The notes under the pieces are model-generated. The model had not been told where the DNA came from, did no database searches, and saw only the letters and a program-made list of their open reading frames with translations. From contig CAWEJX010000007.1 in NCBI GenBank assembly GCA_963809485.1, positions 160,001 to 224,000 on the forward strand: a DNA stretch of 64,000 nucleotides, in the 5' to 3' direction. Each line of letters opens with the position of its first letter. Position 1 is the stretch's first letter. Shown here in pieces: positions 41,364 to 51,189 of the stretch. This DNA is from an uncultured Acidobacteriota bacterium. Lineage in GTDB: Bacteria > Acidobacteriota > UBA6911. A program made the translations under genes and the position numbers.

Positions 41364-42550
41364 GGTGCTTCAGCCGTCGACTGTTGGCAGCGCGACCGTA
41401 ACTCCCACACATGATATAGTTTGAGACTCAATTCCATGCAATCAGTTCCATCATTGACACGGTTCAAAAACAATGAAGAGTCTCAGCTGCCCAAACAGGG
41501 AATGTCCACTGGCGGGAAAAGCCGCTTTCGGAAACATCATCGGCCACGGATTCTACAAAACCAAGCGGGGTCGTCGTCGTCGATATCGTTGCGGCACTTG
41601 CGGCAAAACTTTCTGCTCCAATTCCGGAACACCCTACCATCGAATCCAACACCGACGCACAACTTTCGATGATGTTGTCAATCTCAGCGTTGAGGGACTG
41701 AACAAGTCCGCGATTGCCCGGGTAAAGCGCATTGCTTGGAATACCGTCAATCGCTGGCTCGAAAAGGCAGCCGCTTCTTGTCAACGTTTCAACGATCAAA
41801 AAATTGATAGGGTCGCCATCTCACAGCTTCAGGCAGATGAGATTCGTACTTTCATCCGCGGCAAGGAACAGCCGATTTGGATCTTTGCCGCGATTGAGGT
41901 CTGGTCCCGGCTTGAGCCTTCAACAGTCGTTGGAAGACGAAGCTATCGAAACACACTTACCCTCTTTCGAGATATCTCCAGTCGATCAAATCTGGAGCTT
42001 GTCCCTCTAATTGCCAAGGACGGATCTGCTTTTATACGAAAGTTGTCCGCCGTGTCTTTGGGCAAGCGTGTTTGTATGGCCAGGTCATTAAGACCCGCAG
42101 AAACGATTGTGTTATCAAGGTTGAGCGAAGAGCCGTGATCGGCGCGGCCTGGTGATTCGAACAGGCATTGCGCGACTCCCAGGATTCCTCGAAGCGGAAC
42201 ACATCCTTTATCGAACGGCTGAATCTGACGATCCGACAGGGCTCTGCGTATCTTTGCCGGCGGACGATATGTCAGGCACGATGGCAGGAACGTCTCGAAG
42301 ATCATCTCGAGTTGCTTCGCTGCTATTACAATTTCGTCAGGCCTCACAGGGCGCTCAAATTCGGACTCGAGGTCCGGACACCGGCCATGCAGGCCGGATT
42401 GGTCTCCAAACGACTCAGCTTCAGGGAGGTAATCATGGCTGATCAGCGGCGAATTCTTTTTGTGATCATTTTTATTTACGTAAAGGCAGCTTTAAGTAGA
42501 GTCAGAGAACAGAAAATGGCAGCGTAACAACAGTAGATAACGGAAGGACC
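41364..42550 (+). mobile_element. Second IS1-family copy, inactivated
   Basis: Homologous to 34361-35537; 1-bp deletion near 42030 and CGA>TGA near 42153; right IR abuts the att remnant. Confidence 0.85.
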
Positions 42551-42582
42551 ATCGAACCCGCGACCTCCTGACTGCCAGTCAG
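42551..42582 (-). repeat. att site remnant truncated by IS1
   Basis: ATCGAACCCGCGACCTCCTGACTGCCAGTCAG matches the tRNA at 53419-53450 (one change). Confidence 0.88.
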
Positions 42583-42889
42583 CAAACTTGGACATTTTGG
42601 AAACATCAAGCAACCTTCAGAAGCTAAATTTTCCGCCGATATAAAACGTGGATAACTCCTTTTAATCGTTGTATTATATGGCTTCCAGGATTTGCCGTTT
42701 GTTTCACTTTGTTATAGGATGTTTGTTCCATGAAGTTTCGGCCTAGTGGAACCCCAGTGGAACCCCAGAACGGAGCCCAAATTTGCCAGGGACGGCGGCA
42801 AAACACTGAATTCAGCCTCATCGGCCCCCCATTTAAGGAAAGAAATAGATGGCGGCCGGCCGGAGGAAATCTGAAAGGGAGTTCTCAGC

Positions 42890-44149
42890 ATGCCTAAAAT
42901 CAACTTCACGACCAAAAAACTGGAAAGCCTGAAGCCGGGCACCGAACGCACCGACTATTGGGACGATTCGTTCCCCGGCCTGGTGCTGAGAGTTACCCCC
43001 GGCGGCGACAAGATCTTCAGCCTGATGTACCGAATCGGTGGCCACCGGAGACGCTACACGCTGGGAGCGTTTCCGCACGTCATGAGCCTAGCCGATGCCC
43101 GAGAGAAAGCAGGCGATGCCCTGAAGCTGGCGAAACACGGCATAGATCCAATAGAGGAACAAAAGCGCCGGCAAGAGGCGGAGGTGCAGCACATCCTGGA
43201 AGAGGCAACTTTTGAACAGCTGACAAAACAGTTCCTCGAGGAATATGCCAAAAAGCTCCGCTCCTATTACGAGGTGAAGCGATCCTTCGACCAGTATCTC
43301 CTCCCAAAATTCGGAAAAGTGAAGGCGCGGGAACTCAAGCGGGCCGACGCCCGCGCATTCCTCGACAGCATGGCTCAGTCAAAACCCGTGATGGCCAACA
43401 GGTGTCTTGCCTACGTTCGCAGGATGTACAACTGGGCGCTATCCAAAGACTTGGTGGAATTCAACCCAATCACGGCAATTCCCCGCCCCGGGACCGAAAA
43501 GACGAGGGATCGCGTACTCTCCGCGGACGAAATAAAAGCCCTGTGGATGGCTCTGGATAACGAAAAGCCGATCATGGCCGCCACCTTCCGACTCCGTCTC
43601 TTGACGGCCCAGCGCGGAGGCGAAGTCCACGCAATGCGCTGGCAGGACATTGATGGTGAGTGGTGGACAATTCCCTCCGAGTTCTCAAAAAACAAACTGA
43701 GCCACCGGGTGCCGCTATCTCCTCAGGCGCTGAAGGTACTGAACGAGGTAAAAGAAACCACCGACAGGATGGACGACAAAATGGGACGCGAGCGCAGCGA
43801 GTGGGTGTTTCCAAACCCGGCGGACAGGTCCCAGCACATTTATTCCATCCAGAAGCTGGCCCAGCGGGTGCGGGCAAACTCGAAGGTTTCCTACCGGGCG
43901 CACGATCTTCGCCGCACAGCCGCCAGCATGATGACCAGTATGGGAGTGCCACGCCTCGTGGTGGGGAAAATCCTCAATCACGCTGAACCGGGAGTGACCA
44001 AGGTCTATGACCGGCACAGCTACGACAGGGAAAAGCAGGAAGCACTGAACGCCTGGGGCGCGCGTGTCGAGTCTATCGTCAATCCAGACAAAGAAGAGCG
44101 TGACACTACAGGGAAAGTGGTTCCTATTTCGGCCGGCATCAGAAGATAG
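42890..44149 (+). CDS. int: P4-like tyrosine integrase with an arm-binding domain
   Basis: WDDSFPGLVLRV, LLTAQR..E, HDLRRT, ILNH, VYDR. Confidence 0.95.
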   Translation: MPKINFTTKKLESLKPGTERTDYWDDSFPGLVLRVTPGGDKIFSLMYRIGGHRRRYTLGAFPHVMSLADAREKAGDALKLAKHGIDPIEEQKRRQEAEVQHILEEATFEQLTKQFLEEYAKKLRSYYEVKRSFDQYLLPKFGKVKARELKRADARAFLDSMAQSKPVMANRCLAYVRRMYNWALSKDLVEFNPITAIPRPGTEKTRDRVLSADEIKALWMALDNEKPIMAATFRLRLLTAQRGGEVHAMRWQDIDGEWWTIPSEFSKNKLSHRVPLSPQALKVLNEVKETTDRMDDKMGRERSEWVFPNPADRSQHIYSIQKLAQRVRANSKVSYRAHDLRRTAASMMTSMGVPRLVVGKILNHAEPGVTKVYDRHSYDREKQEALNAWGARVESIVNPDKEERDTTGKVVPISAGIRR

Positions 44150-44248
44150 CGGCCAATGTGATGTGGAAGCGTTCTGCAACTTATAATTTCCGCTGTTCTT
44201 CTTCCCCATTGTACTTGATAATGAACCTTTTCGGTATATACTGTAATT

Positions 44249-44542
44249 ATGCAATTTGAGTGGGATGATGGAAAGGCTCGCCGCAATTTGCAAAAGCATG
44301 GGATTTCTTTTATTCAGGCGATTACCGCCTTCGATGATCCATCTGCTTTAGTCGCCCCCGATGACAAGCACTCCGGCGCGGGGGAAATACGTGAATGGCT
44401 GATCGGTGAATCGGACGATGGAGTGCTCGTCGTGGTGTTTACCCGGCGGCGGGAAGGACGGGTTTACCGTATTATCAGCGCTCGGCGAGCCAGCCAGCGT
44501 GAGAGGAAGAGACATGAAGAATTCAAAAGAGTTTCCCTTTAA
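44249..44542 (+). CDS. brnT: BrnT family toxin
   Basis: MQFEWDDGKARRNLQKHGISF, RIISARRA. Confidence 0.93.
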   Translation: MQFEWDDGKARRNLQKHGISFIQAITAFDDPSALVAPDDKHSGAGEIREWLIGESDDGVLVVVFTRRREGRVYRIISARRASQRERKRHEEFKRVSL

Positions 44543-44780
44543 AAAGGCAAGACGCGTCACCAAGAAGGAATTGGCCGCCGCCCGCAAAGCGATCGAGCTG
44601 AAGACCGGGGTGCCGCGTCCGCCCCGTGGCAGGCCCTCGAAATCAGAGGAGGATAAATATCAGCCCACTTCGATTCGACTGCATCCTAAGGTCATGGCCT
44701 GGGCACGCAAAGAAGCCCGGAAACGAGGCGTAGGGTATCAAACCATCATCAACGAAGCCCTGCTCGAGAAGGCGGGATAG
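44514..44780 (+). CDS. brnA: BrnA family antitoxin
   Basis: RGRP, SIRL, GYQTIINEAL; overlaps brnT. Confidence 0.9.
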   Translation: MKNSKEFPFKKARRVTKKELAAARKAIELKTGVPRPPRGRPSKSEEDKYQPTSIRLHPKVMAWARKEARKRGVGYQTIINEALLEKAG

Positions 44781-44918
44781 CGAGTACCGCTTGGACCGCC
44801 AAAAGGAGGGAATAAACAAAGCTGGATTTCTTTGGGGTAGTAATAAATGCTGCTATATCGAAAACCCAATTGCATTTGTACACTCGCCTGAAGTGGGAAC
44901 CGAAAAAGGGGGAATCGT

Positions 44919-45572
44919 TTGAAAACCAACTACCTGCTAATTGATTATGAAAATATACATCCGAAGAATCTCTCGCTTTTAAGCGGCCACTCGTTCAAGG
45001 TTTTGGTTTTTGCCGGGGCAAATCAAACCAAGGTGCCGCTGGAACTGGCGGCAGCGCTTCAACCTTTAGGTAAGGACGTCAAATACATTACGATTTCCGG
45101 CAGTGGCCGCAACGCTCTGGATTTTCATATCGCATTTTCCATTGGCGAATTGTCAAAAGAAGATCCTGAGGCGTGCTTTTACATCATCTCCAAGGACACA
45201 GGATTTGATCCCCTGATTGAACATGCCCGGAAAAAAGATATTCATGTCTCTCGTTTAAAGAGTATCGCAGACATCCCGCTGCTGCGAATACCTGGCGCGC
45301 AGAGTATGCAAGAGAAGGTCGATGCCATAGTTGGAAATTTTACTGTCCGGAAATCCGGGTTACCACGGAAAGAGAAAACTCTGGCAAACACAATCAATGT
45401 GATCTTTCAAAAGGCGCTTAAAGAAGACGAACTCAAGCTGCTGATACAAGAGTTGAATAAGCAAGGGCATATCTCTATTGAGAATGGAAAAATCAATTAC
45501 CATCTGCCAAATGCGCTTATTGATGAGATCCACCATGAGTTTGGGAAAGCTATGAAAAAATTAGCAGAGTGA
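44919..45572 (+). CDS. PIN-like (PIN7/NYN) domain protein
   Basis: LIDYENI, NALDFHIAF, IISKDTGFDPL. Confidence 0.85.
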   Translation: MKTNYLLIDYENIHPKNLSLLSGHSFKVLVFAGANQTKVPLELAAALQPLGKDVKYITISGSGRNALDFHIAFSIGELSKEDPEACFYIISKDTGFDPLIEHARKKDIHVSRLKSIADIPLLRIPGAQSMQEKVDAIVGNFTVRKSGLPRKEKTLANTINVIFQKALKEDELKLLIQELNKQGHISIENGKINYHLPNALIDEIHHEFGKAMKKLAE

Positions 45573-45579
45573 CTCTTCA

Positions 45580-46365
45580 TTAATGGATGGTCTCCGGGCC
45601 CCCTTCTCCGTCTTCGTCCTCCTGTTCCTCGAACTGATGCTCAACCTGAATCGCGTCATCCGGGGGAGGCGTATATCGGATCCATTTGACAAGCTCGGCA
45701 ATGCCGGATCTCCACTCGTCCAAGGAGTATTTGAATTTTTGAGCCAGCTTGGAGAGCTCCGTTGCGGCTCCCTTCTCGGCGTCGCGGCGATCAGGGTCAT
45801 CCCACATTCTCGGCACTCGAATTATCCGGAATCCCGCAATGGATACTCCAGTGATCGACAGTCGGCCTGAAGAATCGCATTTTGATTCTACCCTAATTCC
45901 CTCTACCGCACCCAGAACGGCAACGAGCCGCCCCTGGCGCCGGTTGCTTTCAGTAAAGGCCTTATCGAGTTTTTGTTTGATAGAGTCCGCCCAGGGGCCA
46001 AATGTCTGTGCCTCAGGGATCGCGGTCGTTGAGCCAGAAGGGAGCCGGGCGTACAGCTCAAGATCAACGCGGGCAAATCGTGGCTCAGTCTTTGCAGAGC
46101 TTTTTGCGCGCCCCAGCAGTTCGGTCAACAAGTCTTCCTCGCACGTATAGGAACGGGCAATGTTGAAGGGATTCCAATTAAAAGCGATCTTCGCCGTGAC
46201 GTGAAAGGGCCCCGTGTCGTTTGAGGCCCCAATTACGTGGACCTTCCAGCGCCGTTCCATGCTTTTCAGGTCTATTGCTTCGGTTGGATTACCAATGCGT
46301 TGCCCAAGCAAGCCTGCATTGTGAAGAGCAATTTGAAGCTGGTCCCTGAATTCCTAGTAGCGCAT
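45580..46365 (-). pseudogene. Hypothetical protein; likely true start 46365 with TAG at codon 4
   Basis: MRY*EFRDQLQIALHNAG is in frame with the 243-aa ORF; homologous fragment at 27184. Confidence 0.6.
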
Positions 46366-46910
46366 TTCTTCATCCCCTGTCGATTCGGAAAAAGGACATG
46401 ATACAACCGCAAACCCGGCAAAACTGACTTAAATCCACTTTCGTTAAAGTTGCCCTTTTTCACGAAAGTGGCGATTTTGCCTTATTGCGTGAAACCATAA
46501 ATCTGCGACTTTTAGAGGAGAATCTGCAGAACGTCCACATATCTCAAGCCTGACGCCAACTTATCATAGTTTCTATTAATGGCCTTTTTTGCGTTCACAC
46601 AAAAAAGGCAGGGCACTTTTCTAGACATTGCTTTGCCAAAAGAATTATGTTCCCGTTGCAGCAATCAGAAATGCTGTTGAACGAAGAGACAGGGCTTGAA
46701 CAAAGGGTAAGCGGCTAATTACCGATTCCGAATCAAACACCAGGCGCGAGCGGGCTGGAGCTCCGGAATCAACCAGCGTGTGGCGGAGCCTTATCCAAAT
46801 GGAATTTTGGTGCGATCCGAGAAAGGAGTTGTGTGCCTAATCGATACAGACTATCGGAGAAGAAATGCAGCAATGCAATTGGACCGGTCCGGTCCGAAGA
46901 AAGGGAAATA

Positions 46911-47093
46911 ATGAGCAGAATACTCAGAGAACGGGAGGTCAAACACGTCACTGGTCTTTCCAGGGTAACCAGGTGGAGGCTCGAGCGCCGCGGGCTGTTC
47001 CCCAAAAAGGTCCGGTTGACTGAAAGGTGCGTCGGCTGGCAGGAAGGCGAAATCATGGCTTGGCTGAAATCACGCTCGGAGTTGCGAGGATGA
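46911..47093 (+). CDS. alpA: AlpA family regulator/excisionase
   Basis: ILREREV...TGLSRVT.WR.E..G.FP....L....VGW. Confidence 0.92.
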   Translation: MSRILREREVKHVTGLSRVTRWRLERRGLFPKKVRLTERCVGWQEGEIMAWLKSRSELRG

Positions 47094-47572
47094 TCGATAG
47101 CCAGGTTTTGCCCTCGTGGGGAGCTGTCTTTCATCTGATCGGCGAGCCTCAGCCGCGCAGAGGCCGCGCTCGGTGCCCCATTCATAATGGAGACAGCCCC
47201 ACCTCCCTTTCCCTCAGTGAGGAGAAGGGAGTTTATCACTGTCACGTGTGCCACTCATCAGGAGACAAGCTCGATTTCGTTCAGAGGACGATGGGCATCA
47301 GTTTTGCCGGGGCGTTATCAATACTCGGCGTAAAAGGCGGGAAGCCTCCGAAACCCGATCCGACTGTTGTGCGGCAGCGTGTAGCAATGGTGATCATCCG
47401 GGATTGGTGCAGGCAAACCGGCAGACAGCTGAGAAACGAGTATCTCATGCGTCATCGCATCGAGAGATGTGCAAAACAAAAACTGATTGTGGATTCCGAA
47501 AGCCTCACCGGATGGGAGCTTTTGCGGATTGCATACGACGGGGCAGCAAAAAAACGAGTTCCTGTTGGATGA
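47090..47572 (+). CDS. CHC2 zinc-finger (primase zinc-binding domain) protein
   Basis: CPIH.GDSPTS...YHCHVC...GD; A7 run near the 3' end. Confidence 0.82.
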   Translation: MIDSQVLPSWGAVFHLIGEPQPRRGRARCPIHNGDSPTSLSLSEEKGVYHCHVCHSSGDKLDFVQRTMGISFAGALSILGVKGGKPPKPDPTVVRQRVAMVIIRDWCRQTGRQLRNEYLMRHRIERCAKQKLIVDSESLTGWELLRIAYDGAAKKRVPVG

Positions 47573-47628
47573 AATTGGACTGTGCTGTACCGATGACGAG
47601 CGGCTTCACGCGTGGAGGTTATACCGGA

Positions 47629-49407
47629 ATGATTTCTGAACCGCCGATCACTGTGGACGAGATCAACGAATTGACGGGCAATCTCTCTTTTGCAGATGAC
47701 ACCGGATCCACTAAAGCAACAAATCCCAAGCTGCCGTCCGGATTCCGAATGACGGAAACGGGCTTGTACCTGATCGGGGAGGACGACAAACCGGACATCT
47801 TCATTTGCGGCCCGCTCGAAGTTGTCGGGCACACGAGGGACCGCCACAACGAATCCTGGGGAAGATTGCTCAGGTGGCGGGACACAGATGGGTATTCACA
47901 CTCGTGGCCCATGCCTGCAACGGTCCTGGCCGGAGACGGAAGCGAGCTTAGAGCACGGTTGCTGGACGGAGGTCTGACCATTTCGCCAAACCGGAAAGCG
48001 CGGGAAGCACTGACACGGTATATCTCGGAATCCCGGCCCGATGTGTCCGTGCGGTGCACAAGCCAGATCGGCTGGCACGGTCACTCATTCATATTGCCTG
48101 ACCTGACGATCGGGACAGAATCGGAGGAAGTCATATACCAGGGAGAGGGAGAGTCGCTTCTCCGACAATCCGGGACTCTCAGGGATTGGCAGCATTCCCT
48201 AGGGAAGTATTGTTTGGGGAACTCACGGCTAATATTTGCGGTAAGCGCCGCATTGGCCGGCCCACTTCTATTCCTGTGCGACGAACAGCCCGGAGGATTC
48301 CATTTCGTGGGCTCGTCTTCAACGGGCAAGACCACAGCTTTACAGCTAGCCGGATCCGTTTTGGGAGGAGGCGGCAAGGCAGGATTCCTGCAATCCTGGC
48401 GGGCAACATCCAATGGATTGGAATCAATCGCCGAAGCCCACAACGACCTCAGCTTGATTCTCGATGAATTGAGTCAGTGCGACAACAAGGAAGCCGGCGA
48501 AGTCGCCTATATGCTGGCCAACGGACAAGGCAAAAGCCGAAGCAAAGCCGCAGGGGGCTTGCGCCGAAAATCAACCTGGCGCTTGCTGTTTCTCTCCGCC
48601 GGGGAGATAAGCCTCACGGATCACATTGCCGCAATTGGTCGCCGAACGAGGGCCGGCCAGGAAGTCAGGCTCATCAACATTCCTGCAGATGCTGGGGCAG
48701 GGATGGGGTTGTTTCAAAACCTGCACGAATTCGCATCCGGCGATGCTTTCGCCAGGCTTCTGCAAAATTCTGCAAAGCCGTTTTACGGCGCACCGATCCG
48801 GCATTTCATAGAGTTCCTGACCAGGAAAATTTCCCGGGCTCAAAATGCACTGCAGGCCTGCAGAGGAGGTTTTGTTCAAAAGTTTGTTCCCAAAGCCGCG
48901 AGCGGTGAAGTCAGCCGTGCGGCCGGCAGATTCTCTGTGGTAGCTGCGGCGGGCGAGCTGGCTATCGAAGCGGGAGTGCTCCCGTGGCCTGAAGATACGG
49001 CGGCGAAAACGGCGGCGGACCTGTTTGAGGAATGGCTGGCCAACCGCGGAACCGCTGGTGAGATGGACACTGAGGCGGCAATTCAGCAGGTACGGCTCTT
49101 TCTCGAGCAGCACGGCTCGGCCCGTTTCGAGCGTGAAAATGAAAACCGTCCGATCTCTGCGCGCGCCGGTTTCTACAGGCGAACATCCAGCGGCAATGAG
49201 TTCTGGATCATGCGCGAGACTTTCCGGTCGGAAGTTTGCCGGGGTTACAGCGCTCAGATGGTCGCCCAAGCCCTGGCCGACCACGGATTCCTGATAGCTG
49301 GAGATGGAGGAAGGCCTGTCTCCCGCCGTCGGATTGGGTTCGATTCCGGGCAGTCCGGGGAAAACAGGGTTTCGGTCTACGTTATTCGCGAGGATATCCT
49401 CAGATGA
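47629..49407 (+). CDS. DUF927 replication protein / helicase
   Basis: GGAGG RBS; GW; Walker A GSSSTGKTT; W.AT.NGLE; LDE; Y.LANGQGK.R; GQEVR. Confidence 0.9.
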   Translation: MISEPPITVDEINELTGNLSFADDTGSTKATNPKLPSGFRMTETGLYLIGEDDKPDIFICGPLEVVGHTRDRHNESWGRLLRWRDTDGYSHSWPMPATVLAGDGSELRARLLDGGLTISPNRKAREALTRYISESRPDVSVRCTSQIGWHGHSFILPDLTIGTESEEVIYQGEGESLLRQSGTLRDWQHSLGKYCLGNSRLIFAVSAALAGPLLFLCDEQPGGFHFVGSSSTGKTTALQLAGSVLGGGGKAGFLQSWRATSNGLESIAEAHNDLSLILDELSQCDNKEAGEVAYMLANGQGKSRSKAAGGLRRKSTWRLLFLSAGEISLTDHIAAIGRRTRAGQEVRLINIPADAGAGMGLFQNLHEFASGDAFARLLQNSAKPFYGAPIRHFIEFLTRKISRAQNALQACRGGFVQKFVPKAASGEVSRAAGRFSVVAAAGELAIEAGVLPWPEDTAAKTAADLFEEWLANRGTAGEMDTEAAIQQVRLFLEQHGSARFERENENRPISARAGFYRRTSSGNEFWIMRETFRSEVCRGYSAQMVAQALADHGFLIAGDGGRPVSRRRIGFDSGQSGENRVSVYVIREDILR

Positions 49408-49408
49408 T

Positions 49409-49602
49409 TGTGGACAGTGTGGACAATGTGGGCAGAGGCAAGAAATTACTGAATTCACGGCATTTGCGCTGTCCACACATTCTGCACAGTTATGTCCACA
49501 CATAAACAACTGTGGACAGAAGTACGCAACGAATGTGGACAGCCGAAATAGAACAGACACGGTTGTTTGCAGCCGTTGTCCACACTGTCCACTTTGTCCA
49601 CA
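49409..49602. repeat. Iteron-like array, probable replication origin of the island
   Basis: Ten TGTGGACA/TGTCCACA-type octamers in both orientations directly after the DUF927 stop. Confidence 0.8.
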
Positions 49603-49640
49603 TTGGGAAATGCAATCACGTTACTTTTGGGAGGTGGATC

Positions 49641-50015
49641 TTGGGATTGTGGCAAGAACTGACGGCAGCCAAAGTGGAGCCTGAAATAGCCGAAAACCTG
49701 GCCAGCTCTTCTGTCGAAATTTGTTCAGCCGGGATGTCTGAAAGCATGGGAAAAGATAGAACGGCCGGGAAAGAAAAGATAAGGGACGCCATCCAGCAGA
49801 TCTCAAAATCGTGGGACGAAGTAGAGCATTCGGGCGGATCGCTAGCATGGGAATGGATTCTCCGTGGATCCCTGCACGGAGCAAGAATCTGTCAGGCTGA
49901 AGCCCGCGTTGATGCCATTGGATCCAAAGGCGATCAAACTGCGCTGCAGTCAGCGTGCGATTCCTGGGTAACCGCCTGGCAGGAAGGGATCAAGGCCTGG
50001 AAGAAAACCAAGTGA
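49641..50015 (+). CDS. Hypothetical protein
   Basis: GGAGG then TTG start; open to 50015; no recognised motif. Confidence 0.45.
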   Translation: MGLWQELTAAKVEPEIAENLASSSVEICSAGMSESMGKDRTAGKEKIRDAIQQISKSWDEVEHSGGSLAWEWILRGSLHGARICQAEARVDAIGSKGDQTALQSACDSWVTAWQEGIKAWKKTK

Positions 50016-50041
50016 CTTCCCGTTGTACAGAAAAGCACCAT

Positions 50042-50096
50042 TTGACTAAATCCAGAAATGGTTTACAATACATATGCGACTCACACAATTGTAAAC
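50042..50096 (+). promoter_or_regulatory. Promoter with a perfect inverted-repeat operator
   Basis: TTGACT-16 bp-TACAAT; GTTTACAAT-18 bp-ATTGTAAAC. Confidence 0.65.
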
Positions 50097-50109
50097 TGAG
50101 AGGTTCTTT

Positions 50110-51186
50110 ATGATCGCGGATCGTATAAAACTGGCGAGGCGAAAGGCAGGCCTGTCCCTTAGGGACCTGTCCTCCGCAATGGACGGCAGAGTGACGGCCC
50201 AGGCGATCGGGAAATATGAGCGCAACGAGGCCGTGCCCAGTTCCGGAGTTCTCGTAGCTTTATCCAAAACTCTCAAAGTCTCAATGGCCTATCTGCTCGA
50301 CACCGGCGGCGTAACCCTGACTGGCGTCGAATTCAGGACCAAGGCCAATACCAGCGCCAAGGACCGCGCCCACGTCGAGACCGAAGTGCTTGAACGAATA
50401 GAGCGCTATTTGCAGATTGAGTCGGTACTTGAATTGAATAGCGCAGAGTGGCAACTCCCGCTGCCCGAACCTCGCAAATTAGGGAACGTTGCAGAAGCGG
50501 AAGGATTGGCGAATGATGTACGTGCCGAATGGAAGCTCGGCACTGATCCTATTCCAAACATGACGGAACTTTTAGAAGAAAAGGGGCTGAAGGTTCTAAC
50601 GGTAACTTTACCCGATCGCGTGTCGGGTTTTACTTGCATGATCAAGCGACCGGAGGGGCAGCCGGATTTGCCGGTGATAGTCGTTAATAACCGGTTCCCT
50701 CTCGAGCGCCGCCGGCTGACGCTCGCTCACGAGTTAGCTCACCGTTTGATCAATGCAGATCTGCTATCCGACAGCGACAAGGAAAAGGCCGGGACTCTGT
50801 TCGCCGGTGCGTTTTTGATTCCACGCGAGCATCTCCTGGCCGAGGTCGGCAAGCACAGGAATGCCCTCGGGTACAAAGAACTCATCGACCTGAAACGCAT
50901 TTATCGTGTCAGTGGGGCCGCCCTGCTGATGCGATTGAGGCAGCTCAATGTGATCACCGATTCGACCCTAACCTATGCCTTCCAAACCGTTGCACGCGGC
51001 TGGCGTACTCAAGAACCGGATCAGATCGAATCGCCTCGGGATCGTGGGAAACGCGAAAGGGCTCTTCGTTTCAACAGGCTCTGCTACCGGGCTCTCGCCG
51101 AGGGTTTGATTTCTCTTACCAAAGCGTCCGAGCTCTTGCAGCAACCTATTCCCGAAATTGAGACTGGACTAAGAGGGCCTCGATAG
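50110..51186 (+). CDS. XRE HTH fused to an ImmA/IrrE metallopeptidase
   Basis: RIKLAR...SLRDL...AIGKYE; RLTLAHELAH; FAGAFLIP. Confidence 0.92.
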   Translation: MIADRIKLARRKAGLSLRDLSSAMDGRVTAQAIGKYERNEAVPSSGVLVALSKTLKVSMAYLLDTGGVTLTGVEFRTKANTSAKDRAHVETEVLERIERYLQIESVLELNSAEWQLPLPEPRKLGNVAEAEGLANDVRAEWKLGTDPIPNMTELLEEKGLKVLTVTLPDRVSGFTCMIKRPEGQPDLPVIVVNNRFPLERRRLTLAHELAHRLINADLLSDSDKEKAGTLFAGAFLIPREHLLAEVGKHRNALGYKELIDLKRIYRVSGAALLMRLRQLNVITDSTLTYAFQTVARGWRTQEPDQIESPRDRGKRERALRFNRLCYRALAEGLISLTKASELLQQPIPEIETGLRGPR

Positions 51187-51189
51187 GAA

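Noticed and set aside
34361-42550. Composite transposon formed by the two IS1 copies
   Set aside because: The copies are diverged, there is no shared outer TSD, and an att site lies between them
48571-49560. Long antisense ORFs (also 60411-61418 and 3855-4475)
   Set aside because: They shadow well-supported genes on the opposite strand and show no motifs
49409-49602. CRISPR array
   Set aside because: The units are 8-9 bp in mixed orientation with no unique spacers of regular length, and there are no cas genes in the window
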